A stretch of 64,000 nt of DNA. Origin: Nemertoderma westbladi. Taxonomy: Eukaryota; Animalia; Xenacoelomorpha. The stretch is taken from contig JAUCBJ010001408.1 of assembly GCA_032718475.1 (NCBI GenBank), positions 1 to 64,000 of the forward strand. Reading direction: 5' to 3'. Each line of letters opens with the position of its first letter. The first letter of the stretch is position 1. The notes below the pieces were generated by a model that was not told where the DNA came from, made no database searches, and saw nothing but the letters and a program-made list of their open reading frames with translations. Shown here piece after piece: positions 26,660-38,071 of this stretch. The position numbers were made by a program, and so were the translations under genes.

Positions 26660-27668
26660 CAGTCCCAATCCCAATAAACATTAACTTGGTCATTTTGGCG
26701 GCCAAAATTACCAAAATGGCCAAGTAAAAACTGCGGTATTCATGAAAGGAACTCCTGAGGCACGTTGGCTTGTCAATCACAGCCAGTGAATAGAGGCTGA
26801 GTGTAAGTAAAGCCCAGCATGTTCGCACTGAGGTAGAGTTCTGATGTAGAGTTCTCTCTACCTTCAGGTAGAAAGAAAGGCTCCAGTGTAGTAATGGCTG
26901 GGCTCGCCACTACTGTAGTAAACATGCCTGTAAGAGTGCAGTGTGAGGTGCTCGCCCTAATTTATTATTTTCAACATATTTTTTACTAATCTAATAATTA
27001 ACACACACGGCTGTCACTAAGGTTACAAACAGTGAGCTAGCACTTGCAGCATAATAATTAATTAATTATTTACTTTTATTCTATTCGATTGGTAATAAAA
27101 ATAACAAGTTCATATCTTTAATTCGTAAAAATTCTTTAAAATATGAGAAAAGTACTTTACACAGATTTTTCTTTATTTAGCTGTTTAGTACGCTATAATA
27201 TAAATGCTCTCATAAATACAGTTAGGGAGGGGGGGGGGGGTTCGCACAGCTGTTCCTAAGCCAAACAATGAAACTCGCATAAGATACCTGTTGTACGCTT
27301 ATAGTTACATGGAGTGTGAATATCTCATTAGGGTTACATGGTTCTGCCTTGGCACGCCTTAACAAATTCATCTAATGCTGTTACATTCTAAGCCCTTTTT
27401 AATGCCTTTATAGTTTAGGTGGTCTCTATTAAGTTCTACCACCAGGTAGAACTATCTGTCAATAATAAAAATGAAAGCGAGCCGACATTTAGTCAGAGCA
27501 ACCAAATGGATGTCCAAGGAGACGGGCTGTCTGGACTTGACTGAGTCGAGTTAAATCGCTTCGCCAAAACGACCAAGTAGCCCATAGGAATACACTACAT
27601 TTTTTTGGTGATTTTGGTCATTTTGGCCGCCAAAACGACCAAGTTAATGTTTATTGGGATTGGGACTG
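26660..27668. mobile_element. Tc1/mariner-type MITE
   Basis: ~50-bp TIR cagtcccaatcccaataaacattaacttggtc..., TA TSD at both ends. Confidence 0.85.
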
Positions 27669-27758
27669 TACACTAAATGCAACTCCAATCAAATAATGTA
27701 CCGCAATGGAGTAGCGAATGGCAACATCTATTACCTTGAGAGAATTATTGCTTGGCAA

Positions 27759-28024
27759 CTACTACTACTACTACTAGGATCGGCATGCTGCATTGCAGCT
27801 GCATTTTTAAGAATGCTGTGCCGGCTTGTCAACAAAATTGCACCGCCACAACTCCCTATCACCCATGACATTTGCTAGATCATCCGCATCTTTAAGGCCA
27901 GTGTCCTTTAAGATGCGTCTCAAGAAAGTCATGGGCTGTCCACCATGCTTATTCACTCCATGAGGCTGCCAAAGTACAAGATTATGCACTGGCTGGTCCT
28001 CACGGCGAAAGCAATGTCCTGCAA
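27759..28024 (-). mobile_element. 3' fragment of the same RTE-like LINE
   Basis: Reverse complement of ~8505-8760, including the (TAG)n tail; no differences seen by eye. Confidence 0.9.
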
Positions 28025-28256
28025 CACGGAGGGGTAATCAATACACCGTTAATGCCAATCTAATTAACGGCTGACTTTTATCGGGTTGGTTGTATTAATA
28101 TTAGCATGTTTGTGGATTTGTTTATTTTTTGTAATTATTTTCAAATTTTATCAAAATTATCGTTTTAACCGGTATTTTTATGTTGTATATTTTTATTTAT
28201 AAAGTACGGCTCTACCTCGAGTGGGAATATTGAGTTACTTTATATAAATTTGCTAG

Positions 28257-29298
28257 TGTTAGACGTAGAATGAAATAAAATGTTTCTTAATTATTAATTC
28301 GACGAACTATATTCTCTGAGTATACCGAAAGCTAGCCATCCTTGGTCACCATGGTTACCAATAGACCACACGTGGTATTACCATAGAAACGAGGCGCCAC
28401 CATTGGCAATCCGAGAGAACACGACTGCAGGGGAAATGATGACAGATATCTACCGACACTCTGGCAACAATAATGTTCTAGAACTTTCGCAAAGACGCGA
28501 CGCTTCTACCTACAGAATACCGCCGGATTTCCTAAACAAATCGAGAATATAAACCTGGAAACCCTTTTTCTTTCCACGACAACCGACACCAGACACGCGA
28601 CTACGGGTTTTATTTCGAAAGATAAGTTTGGGAAGTTTAAATCCTATGGAGATTAGCGGCAGCATCTGTCTGCGAACCACATCGAGTGGGTGAGTGACAC
28701 AGCTGGGCGAGGTACCCAGCCCTACACGTCGGTTTACCGGAGGAGTTTCAACCGAGTCTCGTCTGTAACCCCGGATACTACCGCGGGGATATCGCTTGAT
28801 ATCCCTCCTGTATTCCGGGCCGCCACCTCGGAATCATTCCGACCCCACTCCCGCTTCCCCCGTGTCTACCCGAACCCCGTAGTCAGGGCGACTGATCGCT
28901 CGGAATATATCCGGGTTGGTATGACAGCCCCTGATTCCGGTTCATTTAGGACTCCTCTTCGCTCCCTCGCTTTGGCACAGGAACCGTTCCAGAAACCCAA
29001 TAACTGGCGATATTCAAACAGAGGCGTTAAAATATAATAGGATTTATTTGTATATTATTAGGTAATAAAGAATTTTAATTAACAATTAATTTGTTTAATT
29101 ATATCAGCTGATTTTGAAAAGTCCAAATTTTGCTCTCGGAACTCCTCCGACGTTCTCAAAATGTTTCTATAAAATATATTAGGTAATATTAGGCAGACAA
29201 CTGATACGGATGTCGAAATATTTAAGGCAACACTTATGAGTTAAGGTTCACCTTAGCTAAGGTTGATTTATATGCAACCGGCCCCTCCTGGTCTAACA
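28257..29298. mobile_element. Solo LTR (~1.04 kb)
   Basis: Termini TGTTAGAC...GTCTAACA, flanks gctag/gcaag (degenerate 5-bp TSD), internal TATA-like box and GC-rich region. Confidence 0.65.
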
Positions 29299-29697
29299 GC
29301 AAGTTAAGTAAATAAAGTTAAGTTATTGCAACTATAATTTATTAATATATTGTAAATATTAACCAAACATAAACCAATAACCCATAACCATCACACATAT
29401 AAACTGGTAACATATAGTAGAATAGCCAAGATTCAGTCTCTTCTAAAACTTATTGGGAATTCAAACTGCAAAATAAATAATAAAAACGTTAAAGTAAATA
29501 ATTTTATAGTAACAAACGATATTTATTCCGGAACTCATTATTATTAATTATTATTATTAACTTTTCAGGCAAATATATTATTATATTTTATTTATATTTA
29601 TTTTATAATTAAATATATAAGTTAGTTTCCAACGCAACTCTATTGAAATTATTTAGTAATTTTATATAAAACTTACAGTTTTACTAAATCCAAATCT

Positions 29698-30387
29698 TCA
29701 TTTCAACTCGAGAAGCCGGATTGTAGATAGTAAAACTATCCCAATAAGGTCCTTTCTTCCACCCCCCATATACCAAATTCTTTCCAAAATATACCAAATT
29801 TCTTCCACCCCCCTATAATGATACGCACCATATTCTCCGTTCAAGTTACTCCACCCGCACCAGTCGTACCACCACGCCCCAGTACGATATACGGCGCAGT
29901 TGGAGTCCCACCTGTCATTATCGCGGTCTTTGGTAGAGAATGGGAGACCGTTGTGCCACTCCAATGAGTCACCAGCAGTACCATGGTAACCGGATACATG
30001 TATGGTGTAATTAGTTGTAGCTGATCCGATAGAGAAGTTGTTGTATTCCGCGTATCGGTGTTCGTTGTTGTAATCCACCCACCCCCTTCCAGTGAACCAC
30101 AAATCGACCCTCAACTTCACCCCGCCTTCACTCAGCTTGTGGATCATCTCCAACCCCATCCAAAAATTGGTATTCGGGTCGCCAAATCCTTCAACATATT
30201 CATCCCAGTTCCGATAGAAGTCAACAGATCCATCAACTCGTTGTTGAATCTTCAACCCATCTTTCTGCTTTATTAGCCGAGGAGCCATTTGCTGATACAG
30301 TGTAATGGATAATTTCCCTATCTCTGTATCATGTAACATGGAAACGAACTCTTCCAACTTTGTAACCTGTTCTTCCAACTCTTTATT
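29698..30387 (-). CDS. Fibrinogen-related (FReD/ficolin-like) gene, last exon with FBG domain; C-terminus frameshifted
   Basis: IQQRVDGSVDFYRNWDEYVEGFG, FWMGLE, LRVDL, FSTKDRDND...NCA...GAWWY..C..SNLNG; acceptor cctaacag| at 30388. Confidence 0.9.
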   Translation of the reverse strand, partial: NKELEEQVTKLEEFVSMLHDTEIGKLSITLYQQMAPRLIKQKDGLKIQQRVDGSVDFYRNWDEYVEGFGDPNTNFWMGLEMIHKLSEGGVKLRVDLWFTGRGWVDYNNEHRYAEYNNFSIGSATTNYTIHVSGYHGTAGDSLEWHNGLPFSTKDRDNDRWDSNCAVYRTGAWWYDWCGWSNLNGEYGAYHYRGVEEIWYILERIWYMGGGRKDLIGIVLLSTIRLLELK

Positions 30388-30760
30388 CTGTTAGGAAATA
30401 TTATTAATTGAAATTGTTTATTAAATTCTGTAAATCCTCTGCCCACATCTGATCAGTGGTTGGGTTGGAGTTCTCTAGGGAAATCATTAAACGCCGGCAT
30501 TTCGACCCAACATTTAGAGCAATTAAATACTAACTATATTACGTCGTTGCTAATAAAATAGCACATTATAGCGTTACGGCACGAGTGATTTTGTGTAGTG
30601 AAATAATAAAACGAGGGCCGTAAAAGATTTAATGTGGTGGAATTATTTGTAGTTTTGCACTTAAACTTTCTAGAACAACCTAATAATGACGCGGTGACAT
30701 ACTGGATATACTGAAATACATAGTAAATGTATGGCGTAGGGACATACTGAGAAATAATGT

Positions 30761-32988
30761 TATTCGAAGAGACGGTAACAATACCTGCAATATCCTACTG
30801 TAAAGTTTGTAAATCAAATCATAAATCCGACCTTCTCACCAAAACAGTAAACTCTAAGTAAACGAATATATTGCAGTATCGATCTCTTATAACCGGTGAG
30901 GCAGAAAACAGTCTACGAGCAGACAAACTTCGATGAAACAAAATCCCGCACAGCGAATCCTAAAATCAGGCTGACTCACTGACGGACTAAGGGGCTCGTA
31001 TACTTTGCCGCGGTGTGATTTATATGGTTTGGGCAAAAGGGACGCTAGCTAGGTACAGAGGCAGATATTTGGAGATGTCTAACTAGCGAGCAAAGTGCAG
31101 TAAGGACGAAAGTTAATTTTATATATTTTGAGGTGTAAATAATTTCTAACGCGCGCGTGTCAATTCTGAACGGTCAAAGCAGTTTTGCTCCTTCACATAT
31201 ATAATTACTGGGTACGGTGTGCATTTTACGAATATTCTAATTTTATAACTTGTAGGTCCAATACTCACGAATGATAAGGTTCCTTCCCCTCTTGCGTATT
31301 TCCAGGACTCAAATTCAGGCATAAGGTTAGTACTACGCCCAGAATTCGGCAATTTTAGGTACCAGGTCCCTGATACTAAGAAGAGATGTGTTAGTTTACT
31401 ACTGTAGGCGTACGGGTACTAATAGCTATCCTGGCTCCTATCTAGAATTTTAGTCACCCAGGTAGTCCGGGTAACTTCCTATTAGGGCGTTGGCGGGGAC
31501 ACGGTAGATGTTAGTATATCCCTAATAGCCTCAATTTATTTGCGCCTAGTACGTAAACTGCCCTACCGCCTGAACGGTACAATCCCAATTCAGGTGAAAA
31601 CACAGCAACCCCCCTAGCCTACAAGTTCTAATACAATGGACACTGTCGTACGGCAAATAGTCACAGACGCACCTGTACTTAGCAAGAGTTAAGCGTACAG
31701 TTTGCTGCACCCTAACCAATGTGTATGCCTTGTACCGGTGTGCCTACGTCCTATCTGCGTACTAGTATTTGCCTGCGCTCTCCCTCCCCCCCGTAGGAAT
31801 ATGAAGGTCTACTGCGGTTTTTCCTGAATCAAGACAGTACAGTCCCTATGATGTAATTTTAGGCTTGCAGCGTGTCACTACGTCTACCTTTTGATCTTTT
31901 GGTCTTACACTTAGGTAGCAAGGATCGAACGCTGTCTAACCTTTCAGGCGATGGGCGAATAACTCTAGATGGTATTGCGGGTTGTCTCTCGTCTACATTC
32001 CCGTGATGTTCCCGTTCATTGCTGCGGCCCGATCTCTAGCCGGCCATCCTGTCCCTTAAGTTTGTTCACCGTAGTGAATCCATGATAAAACAGATAGAAA
32101 AGGGCTGAGTTTGACAAATATTTCTAACTTTTATTACAAATCAAACAGATAAGATAATAAAGTCTCATTAGTACAGATTGAAGAAGTAGTAGGTTGATAA
32201 GAAGTGAACTAATGAACGAAATCGCACCTTTATATACCGAATTTGTGCCGCAATCAATCGAGAAAATTCTCGATTGTTCTACAGGTTCTAACGGGGTTTT
32301 AAAGATAGCTATTGGTCCAGCTAATATATAACTTGCACGACATTGGTTACAATCAAATAACTACAGTCTCATTGGTACAGATAAATGCAATTAATTTGTA
32401 GCGGTTAATTTAAACGAGTTGAAATTCTGTACAAAAAATAATTCGCACTTACTAGGATTCGAACTTTCTTTCAATAGATAATTAAGTCTTATTCTAATAA
32501 TAATAATAAAATACATGACATAATACAATTAACGAACAAAGCAACACAAAAACAGCACTGACAATGGGAAACAACAAAGAGTTAAAATTCGTCTGCCAGC
32601 CCAACACCGCGCAGACCCGCCCCGTCACCAAATCCGAGAGCCCGCCAAGACCGACGTCCCCCTCGGAGGCAGAGGGAGTTGGACCGGAGGAGCGCGAACT
32701 GCAGCCGCCGGCGAACACCCCCCAGAACGCACGCGAGGCCCCTCTCTCTCATACCATCCCGCCTCGACACAAGTGTCTCGGCGAGATGGCGGATTAGGAT
32801 TCGAACTCAATACCTACTACACATATAATTTCCAACGCTCTACCGACTGAGCTACTGAACCACTTGACCGATAGATGTACAAATGATAGAACCAATACGA
32901 ATGAGAACTCAAAGCAATCTTTACAAAGTTAATTCGAATAAAATAGAAATTTTGAAAATCCACGGCATTTAGGGAATATAATTCTATA
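30761..32988 (-). repeat. 3' LTR (with nested 329-bp insertion)
   Basis: Matches 48744-50628 with about 8 substitutions and one 1-nt indel counted by eye; preceded on the minus strand by a short purine-rich tract ggagcgg. Confidence 0.95.
32466..32794 (-). mobile_element. 3' fragment of an RLE-type (CRE-like) non-LTR retrotransposon, 13-bp TSD
   Basis: TSD taggattcgaact (32453-32465, 32795-32807); absent from the other LTR; encodes RRRLQFALLRSNSLCLRG, stop, then AT-rich 3' UTR. Confidence 0.7.
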
Positions 32989-33687
32989 CCGCTCCATGAA
33001 AACAGGATATTATCGTGCATAAAATATACGGTTTTCACCAATAATCAATCAAACTATAGAATACTTAGGGCGTACTTACATATTTACAAATTAAATTTCA
33101 AATAATACTTCCTTTCTACGTAATGATTCGATACAAAATAATTACAAATTCAAACTTTACGTATTTAAGGCTTTACTAAGTAAGTACAATATAAATCTAA
33201 ATTAAATTCACCAATATAAATCTATTGCATCTCAAATATTGCATAAATTCAAACAATTACAAATACAAATAAATGAAAACAATAAGAAAGGCTCGCGAGT
33301 CTTCCATCTACTATTGCATCTCAAATATTGCATAAATTCAAGTAATTACAAATACTTTCGTACCTAAATGTAGATTGCATAAGTTTGGAATAATTACAAA
33401 TATGAGTCTTTCTAAGCACAAAACTTTCTGACTATAAAACTTTCTAAATACAAAATATAACACTTTACAAATGAAACTATAAGAAAGGCCCACGAGTCTT
33501 CCATCTACTCTTACTTTCTATTTCACTGTAAATACAAATACTGCTTATAAAATATAAATTGCATAATATTCGGAACAATATAAATTGCATAAGTTCGGAA
33601 TAATCACAAATATAAAATATAAATTCAAATAAATCACAAAATCATAAGAAAGGCTCACGAGTCCTCCGTCCACCCTTGCCCTCCCTT

Positions 33688-36600
33688 TTATCGCTTAGTA
33701 GATCGAGCCCTGCCGCGTCCTCGAAAACTGCGCACAGGTGACTTTGCTCGCGATATGGGACTTGTGGGGCGAGTCACTGGTTTACTTGGGACGTTGAGAG
33801 ACGGTGCGACTATTTCCTCACAAATTCGTCTATTTGGCATCCCAAAACCTCGACCGATTCCTCGTGACCGATCAGTTGTCGCTACAGTTGGTAGAACGTC
33901 TGGGAACGCGCGAGAAGCGGACGACGCAGACCCAAGAGTAGCTTGCGCCCCCTGTTGATCAGCTGGTGTATGTCCCGATCCTCCTACTGGTTCTCTTGGA
34001 AGTGATACCGTATCCCGAGTAACTTGAATAGTCGGCTCAACTCCCTTGCGTTCTTCTACATTAATAATTTTCTTTAATTGTTGGCCCACTTTCTGGACCC
34101 GTATGATCCTACCCTGTCCGTCCTCCCGAGGGTGACATGCAGACGGCGCAACCGGAGTGGCTGGTATATTCGTCGCCTCTAGGACCTCCTCTTCCTCGAA
34201 TACGCTCGCTCGTATACGTTTGTGGTAAAACGCGGCTCGGTACGCCCATGCGACGGTTAACCAAGCTCCTTTATTCCGCTTTTCGGTTCGGAAACGATCA
34301 AATTCACCATACGTGATACGATTTACGACTTTCTGAAAATTCCACGTGTTTTTGTTATCTGGGTGAATCTGTAACAGATACTCGCGCACCACTCGGAATC
34401 CGCTGTCGTGGGGCAAAATATCGACAACCTCGATAAGTTCGTCATACTGGGGCATAGCGGAGATGTATCCTTTCGACATCATCGTCTGGGGATTTACCGC
34501 CCAAAATCCGAGATGCGCTCTCATCGGAAACCGTCTTCTTTGTGCCGATACATGTTCGTCGGCTAAATCTTCCCACTCATCAAATAACTTCCTCACGAGT
34601 TTTACAGATTCGTGTTCATAAGGTATGTCTCTTAGTTGGCATTCAGATGCTCGATGTCCCTTTATATTGCAATAAGTACATTGAGCCATAAATCTCCAGC
34701 AAGTATAAAAGGTATGAGACCCTTGATCCCCACACCATCCACAGATTAGCTGAGTCGTAGTAATGTGCTTTCCACTGCACTTTGTCATATGATGTCCAGC
34801 GACGCCACATTTACTACACATCGTATTAGCAGGGTACCACACTCGTTCGTATATAAGATCTCCAATCGGTCGAGCGCTTCCTCCCATACTATAATCGTAA
34901 TCATCTGGGTCTATGGGTTGGTAGGTTTCTGAAGGTTGTATACAAACTATAGCATCTGTTGCTTCAAGTTGTCGAATCTCCGTCTGAGATTTCTTTGGGA
35001 GGTTCCTTTCTATCTCAAGAAGTTCCTCTAAAGGATCGTCGGCGATCGTAGTAGTTACTTCGAATTCATCACCAAGGTGACCGATAGGCGCGCGCGTCTG
35101 CCGTGATTCATCCGTAATTTCCACGATACGTTCTCCTTCATAGGGTAACAATGTAAACATAGATGGTCTTTCGATAAGAGATCCCGCACAGCAAAGATAC
35201 ACGTCTCGAAATATACTAAATCCTGCTCGAGTAAAGGCATTACACTGAGCGTCGGAGTTGTAGAAGGGTTCAAGGAATCGTCTAAAAACGTCGGTACGAA
35301 TTCTCCCTTCCATGTAGAACGTATGATCTTCTCCGAGACAAAGTGGATGTCTTTTGAGAGTCCGAGACACAATGTCGGCGATTAAGCAAACATTCACTGA
35401 CGACTCTATTGCTAAATAATATTGTAAGACCGCTCTTGGAGGTGACGTAATAGCCCAATACACGCATCCTCTCCATTTAAGCTGTGATTCAAACTCACTC
35501 ATATCTGGAGTATCACCTTCTCCATAAGTTTCAATATACTTGTTTCTCTTATTTTCCTTATAATCCCAATTGAATAACAGGTAGGAAATGTATCCAGTTC
35601 CAGTCTTCTGAGTATTATACTCACGAAAATATCCCTGTTCTATAGACCACAGAATAAGAGGTCGAGTGTCGACGTATGGTGTCGGTAGTCGGTCATCGCT
35701 GTCCGTCATGCCGGCGAAGTCGCTAATTAAATCCTCCCTTACTCCTGATCCAACCTTTACAACAGTTTTATCTAAAATCATGTTTCTTACCATCTTCGGT
35801 AACATTCTAGCGTCGATATTACAAGCTTGGTCCATCTTCTTTACTATGTCGGTGATAAGATGGTGTCGCTTTGTATTCGCTGGAGGTATCGGCATTCGTT
35901 TGTCGCTCCTCTGTCTACTGAAAACGTGCAGGACTCCGTCCGCCGCTCTAATTTGTATAGTCTTAGAAGTCAAACTCTGCTGATGACTGCCTCCCTCGTT
36001 ATCGTAAAACATGTAACCGTTTTCCTGAAACGATCTAAACGTCCTAGTCCATTCATCCAACAATTCTTCCGAAGGTTGCCAAATCTTCTCTATATCCTTA
36101 TCATCTTCGAAACGAATAACCTTACCTCGCCAATCTGCGGCAATATCTGTATCCGACTCGAAGGTTCCGGTTCCAATCCATAAACGAATCGTCTTGGTTA
36201 GATATCCTTTCAGATTACTCGGAGCTATATCGGCACCAGCTCTATCCAGTTCCTTGAAATCTTGAATATGAGGTGGAACGTTGTACACGACCTTTTGAGT
36301 AATATGTCTACGTAAATCATATATCTTACTCATATCGCTGAAAACAACTGCAGGAAGAAACTCCAAGTTTGAAATGATTTCTGGATGATCCACGATGGGT
36401 ATTTCGTACGTCGTATCCTGTCGGACTGGTATACTAATAGGAAAATTGAGTGTCGTACTCAATGGTTTCGTAGTTGAAGTACTATACGGTTGCATTTCTC
36501 TTGTCCTTTCCGGGGATGCAATCTGTAGTCTCTGAATAACGTTTTGAGCAAAGTTTATGCTCTCGAAAACTTCCGGTGTCATCTCCTTAGCTGGAGTTTG

Positions 36601-37413
36601 ATCGTGTGACGTCCAATGGCAAGGTAGGCTCGCGAGTCTTCCACCCCATTCTTCCATCTCACCTTTCTCGAAAGCCTTGTAGGCTCTGTATAGGCTAAGA
36701 GCTTCTTTCTTTTCGCGGGTTGACTGATTTGCCTCGTCCAGCGTAAGTTCAAATACATCGGGTTCAACAACCTTAGGTGGGTAAATGACAGTTTCTCCCG
36801 CCTTTGGTCCGGTCATAGCAAATGAATGATATGGATTCGATAAAGGATACCCTCCTTCCTGGTAGCGTAGTTGTTGATGGTTCGAACACCTCACCAATAT
36901 CGGTTCGGGATTTTCCTTATTCAAACGCATTGGAATCGCATTTCGTTGTTCGCGCATACAAGAACCGCATTGATAATAAAGTTTATAAACTGAAAATGCT
37001 TCCTTGGTTTCTCTATCGTCCCTTCGAGTTCGTCTGTAAAGATGCATTCCATCAAATTCATCTCTTACCGCGGGCATAGGTTCGTGCGCCTTTAGGTATT
37101 GCATGGTATGATACAAACGACTAATTTCAGTATTGGGGTCTTCGCTAATGTCTCCCGTATCACACAAAGCGTCGTACGGGTACAGTTCATTGAAGGTTTG
37201 ACACAAACTTTCGATTCTTTCGTTTAATGCGTTTTGTCTTCTCTTTAATACGTTCGAGTCATATTTAGTTCTCGCGAGTTTCGCTGTACTTTCCGATAAT
37301 TCTTTTATACCAAATATAGTGTAGTCCTTGGCTCCAAATCTTTCGAATGGCGCTGCTGCCTCCTCTTGAATATCATATCCCCATCTCGGCTCTCCTTGTG
37401 TCCCTTTCTCCAT
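33688..37413 (-). CDS. Retrotransposon accessory ORF3: DEDDy-type 3'-5' exonuclease plus three CCHC zinc knuckles
   Basis: ExoI FYDNEG...IQI....LHVF; ExoII LP.MV..MILDK.VVKVGSGVRED, then YVDT; ExoIII W...P....QYYLAIE; knuckles CSKC..GH..C, CGWC..SH..C, CTYC..GH..C. Intact 1241-aa ORF between integrase and 3' LTR. Confidence 0.8.
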   Translation of the reverse strand: MEKGTQGEPRWGYDIQEEAAAPFERFGAKDYTIFGIKELSESTAKLARTKYDSNVLKRRQNALNERIESLCQTFNELYPYDALCDTGDISEDPNTEISRLYHTMQYLKAHEPMPAVRDEFDGMHLYRRTRRDDRETKEAFSVYKLYYQCGSCMREQRNAIPMRLNKENPEPILVRCSNHQQLRYQEGGYPLSNPYHSFAMTGPKAGETVIYPPKVVEPDVFELTLDEANQSTREKKEALSLYRAYKAFEKGEMEEWGGRLASLPCHWTSHDQTPAKEMTPEVFESINFAQNVIQRLQIASPERTREMQPYSTSTTKPLSTTLNFPISIPVRQDTTYEIPIVDHPEIISNLEFLPAVVFSDMSKIYDLRRHITQKVVYNVPPHIQDFKELDRAGADIAPSNLKGYLTKTIRLWIGTGTFESDTDIAADWRGKVIRFEDDKDIEKIWQPSEELLDEWTRTFRSFQENGYMFYDNEGGSHQQSLTSKTIQIRAADGVLHVFSRQRSDKRMPIPPANTKRHHLITDIVKKMDQACNIDARMLPKMVRNMILDKTVVKVGSGVREDLISDFAGMTDSDDRLPTPYVDTRPLILWSIEQGYFREYNTQKTGTGYISYLLFNWDYKENKRNKYIETYGEGDTPDMSEFESQLKWRGCVYWAITSPPRAVLQYYLAIESSVNVCLIADIVSRTLKRHPLCLGEDHTFYMEGRIRTDVFRRFLEPFYNSDAQCNAFTRAGFSIFRDVYLCCAGSLIERPSMFTLLPYEGERIVEITDESRQTRAPIGHLGDEFEVTTTIADDPLEELLEIERNLPKKSQTEIRQLEATDAIVCIQPSETYQPIDPDDYDYSMGGSARPIGDLIYERVWYPANTMCSKCGVAGHHMTKCSGKHITTTQLICGWCGDQGSHTFYTCWRFMAQCTYCNIKGHRASECQLRDIPYEHESVKLVRKLFDEWEDLADEHVSAQRRRFPMRAHLGFWAVNPQTMMSKGYISAMPQYDELIEVVDILPHDSGFRVVREYLLQIHPDNKNTWNFQKVVNRITYGEFDRFRTEKRNKGAWLTVAWAYRAAFYHKRIRASVFEEEEVLEATNIPATPVAPSACHPREDGQGRIIRVQKVGQQLKKIINVEERKGVEPTIQVTRDTVSLPREPVGGSGHTPADQQGAQATLGSASSASRAFPDVLPTVATTDRSRGIGRGFGMPNRRICEEIVAPSLNVPSKPVTRPTSPISRAKSPVRSFRGRGRARSTKR

Positions 37414-38071
37414 AATTAGGGTGTAGTTACATAATCATTACTACTAGAGGGAATACAACAGAGTTTGTAGTTAGTTGTGAGGAGACGTGAGAGTTTCGTC
37501 TGCCCTTTGGGCTTCAACAACGCTCTAACCTCCTATCCATAGCCTAAGATCTAGGGTTTCTTTAATGACACGCTGCTTCTTATCTAAAATTTTTTGCCGA
37601 AGTAAAAACGAATTTGGGCTAAACTGGCCGTGAGACTAAAATACTCACCTTTTGATCCCAAACTATTATCAGAAAATAAGCAGTCAAGAATTAGTAATAA
37701 ATATAGGGGAGTCTATTTTGACGTAACTTATTGAAACAAGACCGTGTAAAATTTAATTAAAATTTTAAGAAAGGCTCGCAAGTCTTCCTCTCTTGTTTCT
37801 CTAATTTTAAGTTCCACCCGACTGTACCCTGAAATCTATTCACTGGAGAAAATTTTAAAAATTTTCAAATCCAAATGGATTGTCTAAAATTTCGAAAATG
37901 TCTCAATATTGTGAGTTCCAAGTAGAATTCCATTTCTTATACCTACAAATCCCGCTCCTATGTGACACATAAGGGTACTACCCTCAATGTTCACATATAA
38001 AGACAATGGAATTCTACCGCTGTCCTTACTACGGTGTACAGGTACGTGGAAATCTATTTGTAAACTCCTAA

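Noticed and set aside
30758-30760. TGT as canonical LTR terminus
   Set aside because: Part of the AATGT TSD; absent from the other LTR and present in the empty site.
33688-37413. ORF3 as an envelope glycoprotein
   Set aside because: No signal peptide or transmembrane anchor seen; nuclease and knuckle motifs instead.
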